Program-made: the position numbers and the translations under genes | From: Octopus vulgaris | Lineage: Eukaryota | NCBI GenBank assembly: GCA_951406725.2 | Contig: OX597838.1 | Span: forward strand, 7,936,001-8,000,000 | Direction: 5' to 3' | DNA: 64,000 nucleotides | The notes under the pieces: model-generated | Seen by the model: the letters and a program-made list of their open reading frames with translations, nothing else | The model's database searches: none | Told to the model about the DNA's origin: nothing | In this document: piece by piece, positions 43,390-58,738 of the stretch | Layout of the letters: the number at the start of each line of letters is the position of its first letter | Numbering within the stretch: the stretch's first letter is position 1

Positions 43390-43466
<77 letters not shown>

Positions 43467-43595
43467 ATGTATGTATGTATGTATGTATGTATGTATGTAT
43501 GAACCATCTTACTGCTCTAAATACAAACAACTGTCCGATGAGCGGCTACATGAAACACTAAGTAGGGGGTTGTGAAGGCTTTGGGGCTCTTACAG

Positions 43596-43705
<110 letters not shown>

Positions 43706-43785
43706 CATTAGTTTTATCATTATTATTATATATAATATAATCCATACATATTGGTTTGTGTATGTATATATATATATATACATAT

Positions 43786-43828
<43 letters not shown>

Positions 43829-44010
43829 TGTATCTGTATATATATAGTTGGATAGATTGTGAGAAGGTGAGAGAGAGCGAGAGCGACATGTGTGCACGTA
43901 TGTGCGTTAGCACTTATGGGCATATGATGCGTGTTTGTACACACACACACACATATATATATACACATATATATATATATATATATACATTTATATATAT
44001 ATATACATTT

Positions 44011-44057
<47 letters not shown>

Positions 44058-44404
44058 GGTTATTTGGTGTATATATATGTATGATATTTGTATGTATGTA
44101 TGCGTACCTGTGTGTATGCGACGCTGTATCAACCTAGTTCCAAGGAAACCTATACTCTGATCGAGTTATCTATCTCTATTTATTCAGTTCTTTAATTATT
44201 CTAATTTTTAATTAATTTCCCAGTTTATTTTAATTGATTAGCCATTTTAATTTATTAATAATTTCGCTTCCTTTATTTACTTATTTTTTTTATTTTCAAT
44301 TTTAATTTGTTTTCCTTCTTGCTTTTTTTTTTTTATCAAAAAATTTTATTCTTTTACTCGTTTCTTTCAAACATACATCATCATCATCATCATCATCATC
44401 ATCG

Positions 44405-44449
<45 letters not shown>

Positions 44450-45925
44450 CCATCACCATCATCATCACCATCATCACAAGCATTACCTAACACCTTCATC
44501 ACACAACAAGCCTTATCGCTACTACCACCACCCCCACCACCACCACCACCACCACCACCACCACTACCAGTACCGCCACAACCATCGCCAATACCCCTGC
44601 CAATACTGCTATCTCCACTTCCACCAAAACCGCAAATACCACCAGCACTAGAACCACTACCACCACTACCACCCCCACCGCCGAAACTACCACTGCGAGT
44701 TCCACCATGGCACATCAGAACACAACGCCGGTCCCATAAGGTACCACCGCCATCATACGTCACCATCACATATATATATACATATGCACATAAACGCACT
44801 CGCATATATATACATGCATACATACATACATACGTACAAACACATTACACTGACGCTCATAACACACAAACACATATACATACGCGCACACACACACACA
44901 CATACAAACACACAAGTATATCACTAAACCATCACAATCACCACCACCACAATCATCACCATCACCAGCTCGAACCCCCCCCCCCAACGCTTCACGTATC
45001 CCCAACAGAAACACACGCACATACACACACACACTCAATCATTAACACACGTAAATACACACACACACACACACATACACATAATCATTAACGTACACAC
45101 ATACACAGAATCATTAACACACGCACGTCATTAACCCGCTCACACATCATTAACACACACTTCATTAACAAACAGACACACACACACACACACTCGCATA
45201 TATATATTTATCATTAACACACTCATGCAAACATGCTTAAAACACGCAACTACGCACACATGCATACTAACCGCAACCCCGTCGCCACTACTCTACACCC
45301 CTACATCTCTCATAAATGCGGTTCCAATTTTATAAAAATTTAACTTCGCTACATTTCTTCACAGAATTAAATTAGCTCAATTAATATTTTCTTAATTAAA
45401 TAATTTTTTTTTTATATGTGTGTGTGTGTGTATGTGTGTGTGTTTATTAATAATCGGTGAATGGGGTGTGGTAAGGACGTTACAGAGGTTGACATTAATC
45501 ATCAACAACACCACACCGCGCGCTCACACACACATATACATAGACCTGACAATCGCAAGCGCTATGGCGATGACGAGCACAGCTATTAAAACTATCACAA
45601 CTAACTTTTAATAGGTGTTCCTTGCGTTTTTAGATTCTTGATAAGTATGATCACTCTTGTATCACGTTTCTACTATCTGATCGTCACTAGTTGGCTAGTG
45701 TAAACACAACAACTAAATAAACAACCGAACGAACGAACACACAAACAAACAAACAAACAAATAAACAAATAAGCCCCCTTTTTTTTTGTTCCTTTTTACT
45801 TTTAATTACGTTTCGCTACATATACAGCATATATGAACATGAGGTCTGTGTTGCGAGTGCGTGTGTAGCGATGTGATTGTATGCATAAATATCTATGTGT
45901 GTGTGTGTGCATATATATCTATGTG

Positions 45926-46033
<108 letters not shown>

Positions 46034-46586
46034 CATGTCTGCATATATATATATATATACATACACACGCACATATATATATATATACACACACACACAC
46101 ATATATATATATACACACACACATATATATATATATACACATACATATATATGAATATAAATACACACATATATATATACATGCACATACATATATATGA
46201 ATATATATATATATACACATATATATATGTATATGTATATATATATGAATATATAGATACATGTATGTATATATATATGTATATGTGTGTGTGTGTGTGC
46301 ATATATATATATGTATGTATATATGTATTAGGGCGTGTATATGTATATGCAAATAAACAGATGATGTTTATATTGTTCAAGATGTCTGTGCGCCTGCTCC
46401 ATCTTTACGCATGTCGATAGTGTATTTGTAAATATCGCGCGTTATATTTAAGCGGTGGTGAAAACCACCCCCACTAACGCACACACACACGAAAAAACAC
46501 TCATGTACGCACACATACGCACATACACATATATATGTATGCATACAAGCACACACGCATTTATATACTCATATATAAATGCGTAA

Positions 46587-46637
<51 letters not shown>

Positions 46638-46934
46638 TGTGTGTGTGTGCCTATATATGTGTAAATAAAAATACACAAGTACATATATATATATATATAT
46701 ACAAACATATATATATATATATATATATATATGCATATATATGTATGTAAATAAAAATACACATGTATATCTATGTATATGCGTATATGCATGTATACAC
46801 ATTTACACACACGTGTGTACGAATGTGTGACCCTGTATGAGTTTGCATATTTTTACACATATTCACAGCGGTTTTTTCGTACACACATCCAATCATATAT
46901 ATATATATATACACATACGTACATATATATATAT

Positions 46935-46980
<46 letters not shown>

Positions 46981-47014
46981 ATATATATACATACATACGC
47001 ACACACATATATAT

Positions 47015-47066
<52 letters not shown>

Positions 47067-47617
47067 ATATATATATACATATATACATACGTACATACAT
47101 ACATATATATATATATATAAAGCCCACTACGCATGTGTGTGTGTCTATGTATTTTAGTATATATATGCCTATGTTTCATACTGTTCTTGTATGCAGTAAT
47201 TTCTGATAAAAAAAAAATACTTCAAATTAAAACACGGCGTATGTTAAAAACTTCAGCGAATAAAAATGTAAAATTTAAAGAGGGGAACTCCAAAATGGCA
47301 GTGCATTTCAGCTAGATGATGGCGCCATCTGGTTGCTCATCTTTGAAATAATGACTGCTGTGAAGGACATAGCTAAGGTCACGTTAATTTCATTTAGTAA
47401 ATTTTGGTGCTAACTTAATGTAGCAAGCGCTGAAATTTTTAATAATTAAAGCTATTGCCCGAGTTGGGGAAAAAAGATATATTACTTAAATGACAAATGC
47501 TAATCAGGAGAGAGTGGGGAGATAAACCACTGAGTTAAATTAATCAAGACAAAGTCGATTAAATATTGAATGTGAGGAACGCAGTTTAAAGCGAGTCTAA
47601 TCTAAGTGACGACTTTG

Positions 47618-47648
47618 GACATGTTTCCATCTCAATAGACCTCTTCAG
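47618..47648 (-). ncRNA. Degenerate hammerhead motif
   Basis: Minus strand CTGAAGA-GGTCT-attg-AGATG-GAAA-CATGTC, with palindromic ACATGT and a GUC triplet; stem I is not evident. Confidence 0.45.
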
Positions 47649-47779
47649 TGAATTATATAATTTATCTATACTGCCAAGTAAAGAGAATTTGATATAGAGA
47701 GGATGCAGAAGCTGTTCGCTGATGTATATATATTTTTTTTTCCTCTGTCTTCCCTTCTCGGGATCTTTCCTTCTCCTTT

Positions 47780-47814
47780 GTTTCCGACGAAGAGCTCCGC
47801 TCGAAACGTTAAAC
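47780..47814 (+). ncRNA. Minimal type-I hammerhead motif (U4C variant)
   Basis: GTTT-CCGACGA-a-GAGC-tcc-GCTC-GAAA-CGTT-AAAC; stems I and II pair perfectly. Confidence 0.65.
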
Positions 47815-47908
47815 CCTCCTTCCCTTCTTTCCTGAGCGTCAAATAATACTTTAATTGTTCCACGTCCTCGCGTTGCTGTGTTTTTTTTCTGTGTTTTCTT
47901 GTTTGGAT

Positions 47909-47946
<38 letters not shown>

Positions 47947-48107
47947 TAAATGCGATAACTAATTTCTGTGTGTCAGTGTATCACACTTCGACCCTCCTCT
48001 CACGGCCGTCTGTAAAGTCAGAAAGAAAAATGGGCTCAAACTTCGATCACGTAACCACAATAGAACCAACTATCATCACGCATGCGCAGAGGGCAGTGTG
48101 ATTATAA

Positions 48108-48159
48108 TAAAGATATGTTATGGTGAAAGTGCGGATAATTTTTGACTTCCCCTTGTGTG

Positions 48160-48196
<37 letters not shown>

Positions 48197-48245
48197 ACAA
48201 GGGGAAGTCAAATATTATCCGCACTTTCACCAATACATATCTTTA
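48108..48245. repeat. ~53-bp inverted repeat enclosing (TA)n
   Basis: tggtgaaagtgcggataat.tttgacttccccttgtgtga and its reverse complement. Confidence 0.85.
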
Positions 48246-48261
48246 TACATATATATATATA

Positions 48262-48373
48262 TTAGCCTGCTCGCTTAGCCAGCGGGGTGGCGTCATTTGA
48301 AGGCTAAAACAATGCGAACGCATTGTGACCAGCGATGTGTAACTACATCTGATGGACTGGTCGGTCACGTGAT
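48262..48373 (+). mobile_element. SINE family B 3' fragment
   Basis: Matches 20635-20745. Confidence 0.8.
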
Positions 48374-48380
48374 GATGATA

Positions 48381-48436
<56 letters not shown>

Positions 48437-48482
48437 CATGTATGTATGTATGTATGTATAATATATATATATGTATATGTAT

Positions 48483-48690
48483 ATACATTCGAAGCTTTTT
48501 TTCCCAAGGAATCTAATGCTCTTAGCAAAGTTTTTCCTTGGGGCTGGCCAGATTGGACCAATCTCAAGATTAATCAGCCGAAATTGCGAGGATGATCCAG
48601 TTCTTGACTGAAGATAAAAGGCTTCGAATGACCCGTCCGTGTTTTCTGTATCGTCTTCTGGATGTTTTGCGTTCTTGTCCCATTTTGTAT
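48483..48690 (-). mobile_element. Unclassified (TA)n-flanked repeat (homolog of 21640-21848)
   Basis: Colinear reverse complement. Confidence 0.75.
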
Positions 48691-48691
48691 T

Positions 48692-48735
<44 letters not shown>

Positions 48736-49561
48736 AAGTGAAAGAGAGATAAATACGTACATACTTGCATACATAGATACATGTATGCATTCATGTGTGC
48801 ATATTTGTGAGTGTGTGTGTGTGTGTGTGTGTTGTTTTGTGAATGTATGTAGGTTAGCTTCATAATTTGACGTAAGTTGGTGAAATTTCCAGTGACCTGG
48901 CCTTCGAGTAAACCAAATGTTAATATAGATGCTACTAATATATTTAACATATATTAATGTATTAATGTATCAATACATTAATATATCAATACATTAATAT
49001 ATCAATATGTTAATATGTTAATATATTAATAAATTAATTTATTAATATATTAATATATTTCATGTAATGAAGTTACGAGGTTTTAGTTCTTTATAGTTAT
49101 ACGTCGATAAGATGATGCTTAAAGAGAGGAAAAGGAGAGCTAGAGGAAGGTTGACATGGTAAAGGAGAGAAAGAATGGGTAATATTTAGAAAGAAAGAGA
49201 GAGAGAGAGAAGTGGATAATGTGCGTGTGTAAGAGAGAGTAAGGGTGGTTGAGAGTGAGTGGAGAGTGTTGGGAGAAAGGATTGTTGATATAGGGTAGTG
49301 TAGTTTTAGGGAGAGAAAGAGAGGGAGGATAAGTGAGAGAGAGAGAGAGAGGTGGGTACTTGGCGAGGTGCTTTGAAAAACATTAAGAAAAGAAAGAGAA
49401 AGAGACCGAAAAAGAGACGGAGGGAAAGAGAGAGAGTAAGTGAGAGGGAGAGAGATAGGGTTGATAGAGAGAGAAAGAGTGAGAGATAATGAGAAATGAG
49501 AAAGGAATATGAAAAAGAGCAGAAGAATGGGAAGAAAGGGGAGAAGAAGAAGAAGAAGAAG

Positions 49562-49593
<32 letters not shown>

Positions 49594-50397
49594 GAAGAAG
49601 AAGAAGACGAAGAAGAAGAAGAAGAAGAAGAAGAAGAAGACGAAGAAGAAGAAGAAGAAGAAGAAGAAGACGAAGAAGAAGAAAGGAAAAGATAGGAGAA
49701 GAAAGAAGACGAAGAAGAAGAAGAAAAGAAGAAGAAGAAGAAGAAGAAGAAGAAGAAGAAGAAGAAGAAGAAAGGAAAAAATAGGAGAAGAAAGAAGATA
49801 GGCGAAGAAGCAGAGTAGGAGACGAAGAATATAGAAGAAAAAGAGGAGGAAACGAAGAAAATAAAAGAGAAGAGGAAGGACTGGGTGGAGTCAAGGAGTA
49901 AAGCTTTTTAAAATAATTAAAATTGGAATATATAAAGCCAATAATATGAAAGAGAAGAAAGAAAGGGGATTAACGAAAGATAAAGAGATTCAAAAAAAGA
50001 GAGAGAGATAGATAGAGAGAGTGAGGGGGGAGAAGGGAAAGGAAATTGAAAGGAAGAAGGAAGTGGAAGGAAGTAAAGACGGTGTTGTTTTAAATTGAGT
50101 GACTTTATTCCAACGGAACGGCGTTTCTGAAGTGCAACTGTATTCCGAATGGGAAACCAATTGCTGAGAGAGATAAACCTGCCCGAGGCAACAGTCCTTG
50201 TGGCCAAGTTCTTCCGAGAGGTTTCAAATCTCAACTCAATTCAAATTTATGCCTTTTATATTACTCTTTCTTCGACTTTTTTCTGGAGACGACGACGACG
50301 ACGACGCCAACACCGCCAGCACCACCACTAGCAAAAACAAAAAAAAACAATAAATGAATACACACACACACACAAACAAAAAAAAACACACACACAT

Positions 50398-50430
<33 letters not shown>

Positions 50431-50912
50431 GTGAGAGTGACAGCGAGCAAAATGGAGAGAGAGGGATAAAAAGATGGCAACTCTTTATGAATGAGAGAGA
50501 GAGACCAACAGACAGACAGACAGACAGACAAAGAAGGAACGAAAGAAAGAAAGAAACTTAATGAGAAATCAAATGACAGGAGCTGCTATTAGAAGAGTTG
50601 GCGGAAACGAGGCTATATTTTCTGCTAACGGTATTTTTGTTGTTTTTTTTTTCTTTCAGTCACTAATCTTGAAGTTGTATCGATCATATTAACCGATTAA
50701 ATATATTTTTTGTCTTTCGAATATTGGTGGGCTTTTGTTCTTTGTTTGTTTTACTTTTCTTATTTATTTCTGTTTGTTTGTTTTTTTATTAAATAAAGAA
50801 CGTCTTCGTCTTTTTCTTTATTCTTTTTCTTTTTCTTTTACTATTTGACATATTTGTTTAGGTCTTTCGTTTCCTTTTATCTTGTGTTTCGCACTACGTA
50901 CGCACACACACA

Positions 50913-50948
<36 letters not shown>

Positions 50949-51018
50949 CACATACACATACATAGAAGAAGAGAAAGAGAGAGAGAGACAGGGAGACAAA
51001 CAGACAGACAGATAGACA

Positions 51019-51091
<73 letters not shown>

Positions 51092-51092
51092 A

Positions 51093-52308
51093 CAGGGTGC
51101 GATGGGTAAATTGTAGCCATTTGATATCTTAATTTCGCGCATGCGCATTGTTTGTTTTTGATTTTGTCGACTACATAGTATAGTAGGGCCAGTTGGGCAC
51201 CATATGTGAGAAAAAAACAGCACCATGACGTAATTAACCCCGCCAGAAATTTGGAAACGTCATGCTGCACTGCTCCAATACGAACATTTCAGGGTGTTTG
51301 GGTGTCAATCTGAAGACAGTGCGTAGAATTCGGAAAGAGTTGGATGAGTCTAATGGTTATTACGAAGCTACGGCAGCTCGGAAAACTCACTCTAATCGTT
51401 CTGATAAGAACTCCTGAATTTGTTGGCGAGATTCAAGCCATGATTAACAATGATCTCATCAAGTCAATCAGGTCCATCGCCAGGGACATGGAAGTGTCTG
51501 AGTTTCTTGTCAGATAGATAGTGCATGAAGACATTCGGTATTCCTCATACAAGATGAGAAAGGGCCAGTTTTTATCACAAGCGAAAAAGAAAAGACCGCA
51601 TTACGGAGCTTTGGAACAAACTCAAGCATCCGCTCCAAACGAACATGCTTTGGTTTTTTCCAGACGAGAACAAAATTCCTGTCAGGATCAGATGGTGAAA
51701 ACACAGAACAACCGTTGGCATGCCATGTCACCAAAACAATAAGCCAACATCATGGTGTTTGGAGTGATTACTAGTGATTACTAGTGATGGCGACGTTTCA
51801 TCTTCCCACAAGGCCTGAGACTCAATATGGAGGTTTACATCTAGAGCCTGGAGGAGATAGTGCTGTCTTCGTTGAAGAGGATGGCTACTGAAAGACCCTA
51901 TGCCACACGAGCAGGAAAACCCAGTCATGGCTGCCAGACAATTTCTGCAACCACAGCTCACCTAACATATGGCCACCTAACTCTCCAGACTGCAACGCCC
52001 TTGATTATTATGTGTGGGGTGCAGTTGAGCGAGAGATCAACAAAACTCCTTGAAACACCATAGATGAGCCGAAGGCAAGGATTATGACAGCATTCGCCAA
52101 ATTAAACAACGAGACGGCCCAGAAGAGTTGCAGGAGATTCCGAAGTTGTCTCGAGGCCGTGGATGTAGCTAATGGCGATTTTATAGAATAAATTTAGTCT
52201 TCAGTATTTCAAGATATTCTTATGTAATTTTGATAAATAAATCTGTTAAAATGAAATGTCAGTGGTATTTTCATTTTTGCGTAATTTAGACAATTTATTC
52301 ACCACACC

Positions 52309-52311
<3 letters not shown>
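51093..52311 (+). mobile_element. Near full-length decayed maT/DD37D Tc1-mariner transposon
   Basis: TIRs cagggtgcgatgggtaaattgt and acaatttattcaccacaccctg; HEDIRYSSYKMRKGQFL, FSRRE (frameshifted FSDE) and WPPNSPDCNALDYYVWG; many frameshifts. Confidence 0.9.
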
Positions 52312-52384
<73 letters not shown>

Positions 52385-52540
52385 AGACAGACTGACACAC
52401 AGACAGACACATAGACAGTCAGAAACAGAGACAAACAGAGAGAGAGAGAGAGAGAGAGTGACAGAGATATGCAAATAGATAGGCACAGAGACAGACAGGC
52501 CGAATGACGGACAGACAGACAAATAGACTGGCAGATAGAT

Positions 52541-52621
<81 letters not shown>

Positions 52622-53984
52622 GTACTAATATCTAGTTTTATGCCACAAATCTGATGAAGAATGCAGTGCCACTGCAACTCATGTGGACGGTCATCTTGTG
52701 ATAGATTATACTATTTCTCTTTTGCATCCTTTTCACTACAGTTTTAGCATGCGATGGGGATGCGCTATATACAAAATCCAGTTGGGTTTTTGCTTAGTTT
52801 TAAGCTATCAAATGCCTGGAACACATTTCCTACGGTCTAAACCCAGACGATTAAGGACACGGCGTACCACACACATTGGACACACTTTCTTATAATTGCC
52901 ATTTCGATGATATTTCGGAAACTCTTTTCTTTCAAGCGAAACAGAGGTCCGTGACTATTTGCATTCAACTCCATGAAGCAATTGTGCAAAAAGAAACTGT
53001 TTCTTGTGATATTCTTTAATCTGATATTCTTTTCCTGATGTTAGTCCATATCTAATACCTCCTCCTGGCTCGTGACGCCAGCAAAAGATATACTACATTA
53101 GTCATTGTTGTTGATTTCATTGATGAAATTTCTGCTTTCATACATTTTCCCCTCGTCTCTATCTTTCAAAATAGAAATATATCCGTTTATGATAATTTCT
53201 ATCGAATCAATTTCGATTGTCAACTTGTATACTCATCTTTTTTCCTTAACCTTTCTTTTTTTATTGAACTCATTGATTGCTGCCCTTTCAGAGTCTTCCG
53301 TCTGTTTCTGATACGTAAAAGCTGTCCCTCTTGGGTGACTTGTATAATTTAGTATGCCAATAAGCTAAATAATAAACAAATACACATCTAGGGGTAATCA
53401 TTCTTTAGTCCAAGGGTAATGGGTATGAGACAAACATTTTAAGGTACTTAGCTAGTAAAATTTTGAAAAAAAAAAAAAACAGCAAAGAGATTAATCTTGG
53501 TAAATACCAGATCCTCCGGAGCTTTGGCACACGCGTTCGCTCCTTGCAAACAGTAACAACAACAAAACCAACACCAATAGTGCCAAAACCAACAGTGAAA
53601 ATAATTTATAATAATAATAATAATAGTACCAACACCACCACTACCAACAAGAACAACAACAACAACAACAACAATAATAATAGCATCAACAAACACAATA
53701 TTAATAAACGACATGAAAAGCCAGAGCGATATTAATAGATAATTAGGTTAGTTATAAGCAATAACAGGTACGGCGTATAATTTTGTTGTGTTATCTATTT
53801 TACTTTTGAAAAATAATTAAATGTACGTTGTAGAAAGATATTACGGAATATAAGGAAATATTCCCAACCTACTCCTCACCCACCTCTACTGATCAAACTC
53901 CCCAAGTGCCATTTATATTACGAACTACTTCTACAACAACAACAACAACAATAACTATAATAACTACTACTACTACCATTATTA

Positions 53985-54052
<68 letters not shown>

Positions 54053-54097
54053 GCCACCTACGGACTCCGTTTCTTTAATGTATGTACGAACAACATA

Positions 54098-54141
<44 letters not shown>

Positions 54142-54596
54142 AAGAGACATATATCCATATACACACAGACACATATATTTATATATACATATACATATAC
54201 ATCCACATATACATATATGTATATATATATAAATATATATATATGAACATGTATATATATATATATAAGTGTGTGTGTGTGTGTGGACACGCAAAAGAAA
54301 ATACGGGAATACACAGATTAAACAATGGCGTAAATATAAACGCCCTTGTGCATATTTACGTATATGTATATGTGTATATATATATAAAATTATATATATC
54401 TATGTGTGTATGTGTGTGGCTAGGTGTGCATGTATGTGAGTGTGTACATTCGTGTGTGTGTGTGAGTGTATACAAATATGACGTCACGTTGTCATAAAAT
54501 AGGCAATGTGAAGATTATAGTCGATTCTTGGCGAAAAATGTAATTGAACATCTTGCTATATACATACATACACACACACACATATATTTATATATA

Positions 54597-54655
<59 letters not shown>

Positions 54656-54731
54656 ATTCGTTAGCTACTGCACGCATTTTTTCTTTTTTTTTTTTTTCTC
54701 TCCTCTTTCTGTGTTTTTCTCTCTCTGTGTA

Positions 54732-54769
54732 TCTTTCTGTTGAAGAGCGTAGGCTCGAAACGTTAAAGA
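54732..54769 (+). ncRNA. Minimal type-I hammerhead motif (A6U variant)
   Basis: TCTTT-CTGTTGA-a-GAGC-gtag-GCTC-GAAA-CGTT-AAAGA, with a 5-bp stem I and 4-bp stem II, inside a ~210-bp (TA)n-flanked element (54655-54868). Confidence 0.65.
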
Positions 54770-55008
54770 CTTGTTTTATTTATATTTCCTGAGCGCCATA
54801 CTAATACAATTGTTCGTTTGTTTTCCACCTGCCTTCGTCTTTTGTTTATTTTCATAAAGCTTCCCGTTATATATATATATATATATATACATACACATTT
54901 ATATATATATACATGCATACACAAACACATGCACACACACATACATATATATAAACATGCTTATATGCCTCTTAATATATATGGCGATATATATATATAT
55001 ACATATAC

Positions 55009-55131
<123 letters not shown>

Positions 55132-55137
55132 GAGATG

Positions 55138-55204
<67 letters not shown>

Positions 55205-55255
55205 GGAGAGAGAGATGGATAGATAGATAGATAGATAGAGAGATAGATATTCATA

Positions 55256-55500
55256 AAGCGGCAAGCTAGCAGAAATGTTATCAAACCGGAGAAAATGATT
55301 AGCCGTCGACTTTACCTTTCATCCTTTCGGACTTAAACCGTTTGATCTTCTCTGTCCTCTCTGTGTTTAGCCCCTTGTGTGTAGTAAAGAAATAGGTATT
55401 TCCTATGTCTTTAAGTACTGAGTTCAAATTCTGCCGAGGACAACTTTACCTTTCATCTTTTCGAGGTCGATAAATTAAGTACCAGTTGCGTACTGAGTCA
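55256..55500 (+). mobile_element. Meta-SINE family C, deleted dimeric copy
   Basis: gcggcaagctagcagaaatg..., with the Meta block twice. Confidence 0.75.
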
Positions 55501-56133
55501 AGCAAGGAATCATGTATAACAACATATTTACGTATATGCATACCCACACACATATATACTTGCATATTGTCATATATCTGTTATATTTGCATATATACAT
55601 ACATACACACATACATAAAAATATACATGGATACATGTATGGATACTTACCTGCTTTCACACACATACATATACATACACAAACAAACATAATGCTAACA
55701 TACACATATAGATATATACAGTAATGTAAAGGGATCTCAGTCGTTCTCGACGATCATTGTTTCGCGTGTCTTGGTTAACAGAAGCGGCAACACATTGTGT
55801 TATACTGTACTTGCTGAATACTTCACAGACGGTTATACATTGAATGTAATGAAAAAATCAAGACACCGTAGGTGATACGGGTGTCACATTTCAAATACAG
55901 GTATGGCCCAAATACAGGAATAATATTGCGGCCATTTTACTGGCCGCCATATTGTTACTAAAAATGAAGCGTTCTTCACGTGGTTTTAATCAAATTGAAA
56001 TTATGGTCAAAATTTTTTTTTTTAATATCTCTTCAAGATAAAAATACCATAATAGGATCGAACTCTGAATCACTTGATTATGAAGCGAATTTCTTAATCA
56101 GTTGAACATGTCACACATACACATGCACACACA

Positions 56134-56179
<46 letters not shown>

Positions 56180-56566
56180 AACACTGAGTCAAAATCATAC
56201 GAAGGTTGCAGTCGTACAGATCAATCTTTGCATGTATTTTTAAGCCTTTCAGTTGACCTATCGATCTACTGGTGCATGTGGCCGTAACCAAACCAGCACA
56301 TTTAAACACACAAACACACACACACTCACACACACACATACACAAACACACAAAGGGCTTTCGCACAGTCCCTATCGGCCAAATTCTCTCCCAGTTGTTG
56401 GTCAGCCCGGCACCATAGGAAGAAACATTTGTCCAAGTGCATCACGCTAAGACTGAACTTATGACCAACTAGTTGGGAAACAAGCTTCTTAGAAGCGCAA
56501 ACATTATTCTCTCTTTCTCTCCCTCTATTCATCTCTTTCTCTCTCTTTCTCCCTCTCTTTCCCTCA

Positions 56567-56650
<84 letters not shown>

Positions 56651-56653
56651 GTG

Positions 56654-56684
<31 letters not shown>

Positions 56685-56755
56685 ATATGTATATATATAT
56701 GTGTTTATATACATGTATAAATGTTTATATACACATATATATACACACGTATATA

Positions 56756-56801
<46 letters not shown>

Positions 56802-57319
56802 CACGTATGTATATATATATATATCTATATATGTGTGTGTGTGTGTGTGTGTATGTATATGTACATGTAGATCTATACATTTATACATACATTCACGTCT
56901 GCGCACGCAATTGTACTGCTTCCTTACAACCATTAATTCATGCATACCTATATGCATCCATATATCTCTCTATATATATCTATACATATAGATATGTATG
57001 TATGTATGCATGCATGCATGCATGCATGTATGAATGCATGTATGTATGTGCGTACGTACGTACGTATGTGTGTATATATGTATGTATATGTAGGTAACGC
57101 AAGCAAAATGGCGAATGTTCGGTGCGACTTGATTGTGAATTGGCGGCGAGCTGTGTAAGAAGTAAAGTCAATTAGGAATATGTTTCTTCTATATTAAAAC
57201 ACTTCATTAGATGATGAATTCCTGAAAATGAAAAGACAAATAGAAGAAGAAGAAGAAGAAGAAGAAGAAGAAGAAGAAGAAGAAGAAGAAGAAGAAGAAG
57301 AAACGAAAGAAAGAAAGAC

Positions 57320-57382
<63 letters not shown>

Positions 57383-57537
57383 AAAGAAGAAAGAAAGAAA
57401 GAAGGAAAGGATGGGAGAATTAGGAAAAAATATGAAATGAAGAATGTGCGACAGTCGGAAAGAAGTGGGGGGGTGGCTGGGAACGAACGATATTGAAATA
57501 ACAAAAACAGCAACAACAACAACAAACACAATAACAA

Positions 57538-57578
<41 letters not shown>

Positions 57579-57688
57579 ATCATATGAGCATTTATTATTA
57601 ACTGTGAAATTCATTAAACAATATAATTGTATATTAAAGGAAATATGTGTAGATAACATTTTCACGTACATAAATAATGCTCATATAC

Positions 57689-57759
<71 letters not shown>

Positions 57760-58738
57760 CATACATATATATAGACTCACATGTCTATATAGACACACAC
57801 ACACATATGCATACATATATATGCATATATATATATGTGTGTGTGTATACATGAACAGATATTTACATGTGTCTATAATATAGGTATGTGTGCATAAATT
57901 TGAGAAATACGAATTGACACAACAGACGTAATGTGTGTGTTTGTGTTGTTTGCTTCCTATTAAAACAGCAGACACAAAATGAAAACTTAACGAAATTGTG
58001 ACGTTGAGGAAAAACCACGCGCTCATCCACTTCCCCCCTTATTTAATTTTTCTATACAAGAAATACGGTTGTATCTGTCGTATAGAATATTTATATCTCT
58101 ATACAACAACGGTGGTGGTGGGGTGGGTTCATTGGGTGGTGGTTGGTTAGGAATATTAGATTGACAGGTTAAATACGTTGGTGAACAAATTTACGTCCCT
58201 TTGCGTGGTGAGTTCAATTCCCGCTGAAACAGAGTTATTGTATGATTTTTTACAGAGGCGGATAAAATATAAATAACAGCATCGAATTATTTTCATTCGA
58301 ATTAACTGACCGTTTATGATTCATTAACGCACTTGTTAGGTACCAGTAATTATAATTACGGTGAGGTGATTCCTTCTGTTGTTGGTGTTGTTTAGTACCA
58401 GCTCTGCATTGACTGGACAAATATAAGAGCATAAGCCTTCACTTATATCCTGGAACAGCGTTAGCACCACCGCAAAGAAAGAAAACAAAGAAATTTCCGT
58501 GACCCCTCAAAAGTTTATAAATTCTTATGGCGTCAACTACCCACATATCTCACAGGTTAAAATCCTGTTTATTAAACAAATACACGAAACTCGAAGAATT
58601 ATTTTGATTCATTGATAGAACATATGTCATATCACCAGGTGATGTGGGTTCGAATCCGTTTCTTTCTAACTTCCATCTATTTTTCTTTCCAAAAGGATTT
58701 TTTTAGCAAAACAGCTACCCGTTATTGATTTTCGCTTA

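Noticed and set aside
43535-43560. CCGATGA...GAAAC hammerhead-like string
   Set aside because: Stem II and stem I do not pair convincingly.
52651-52680. CTGATGAAG followed by a TGCAGTG/CACTGCA hairpin
   Set aside because: No GAAA follows the stem.
52640-53340. Possible decayed transposase on the minus strand (VRRVLNRLGL, HCILHQ)
   Set aside because: Only short, conflicting motifs (Tc1-like versus hAT-like) with many stops; needs tblastn/HMM.
58625-58662. B-box GGTTCGAATCC
   Set aside because: No cloverleaf or matching A-box; probably a decayed SINE head.
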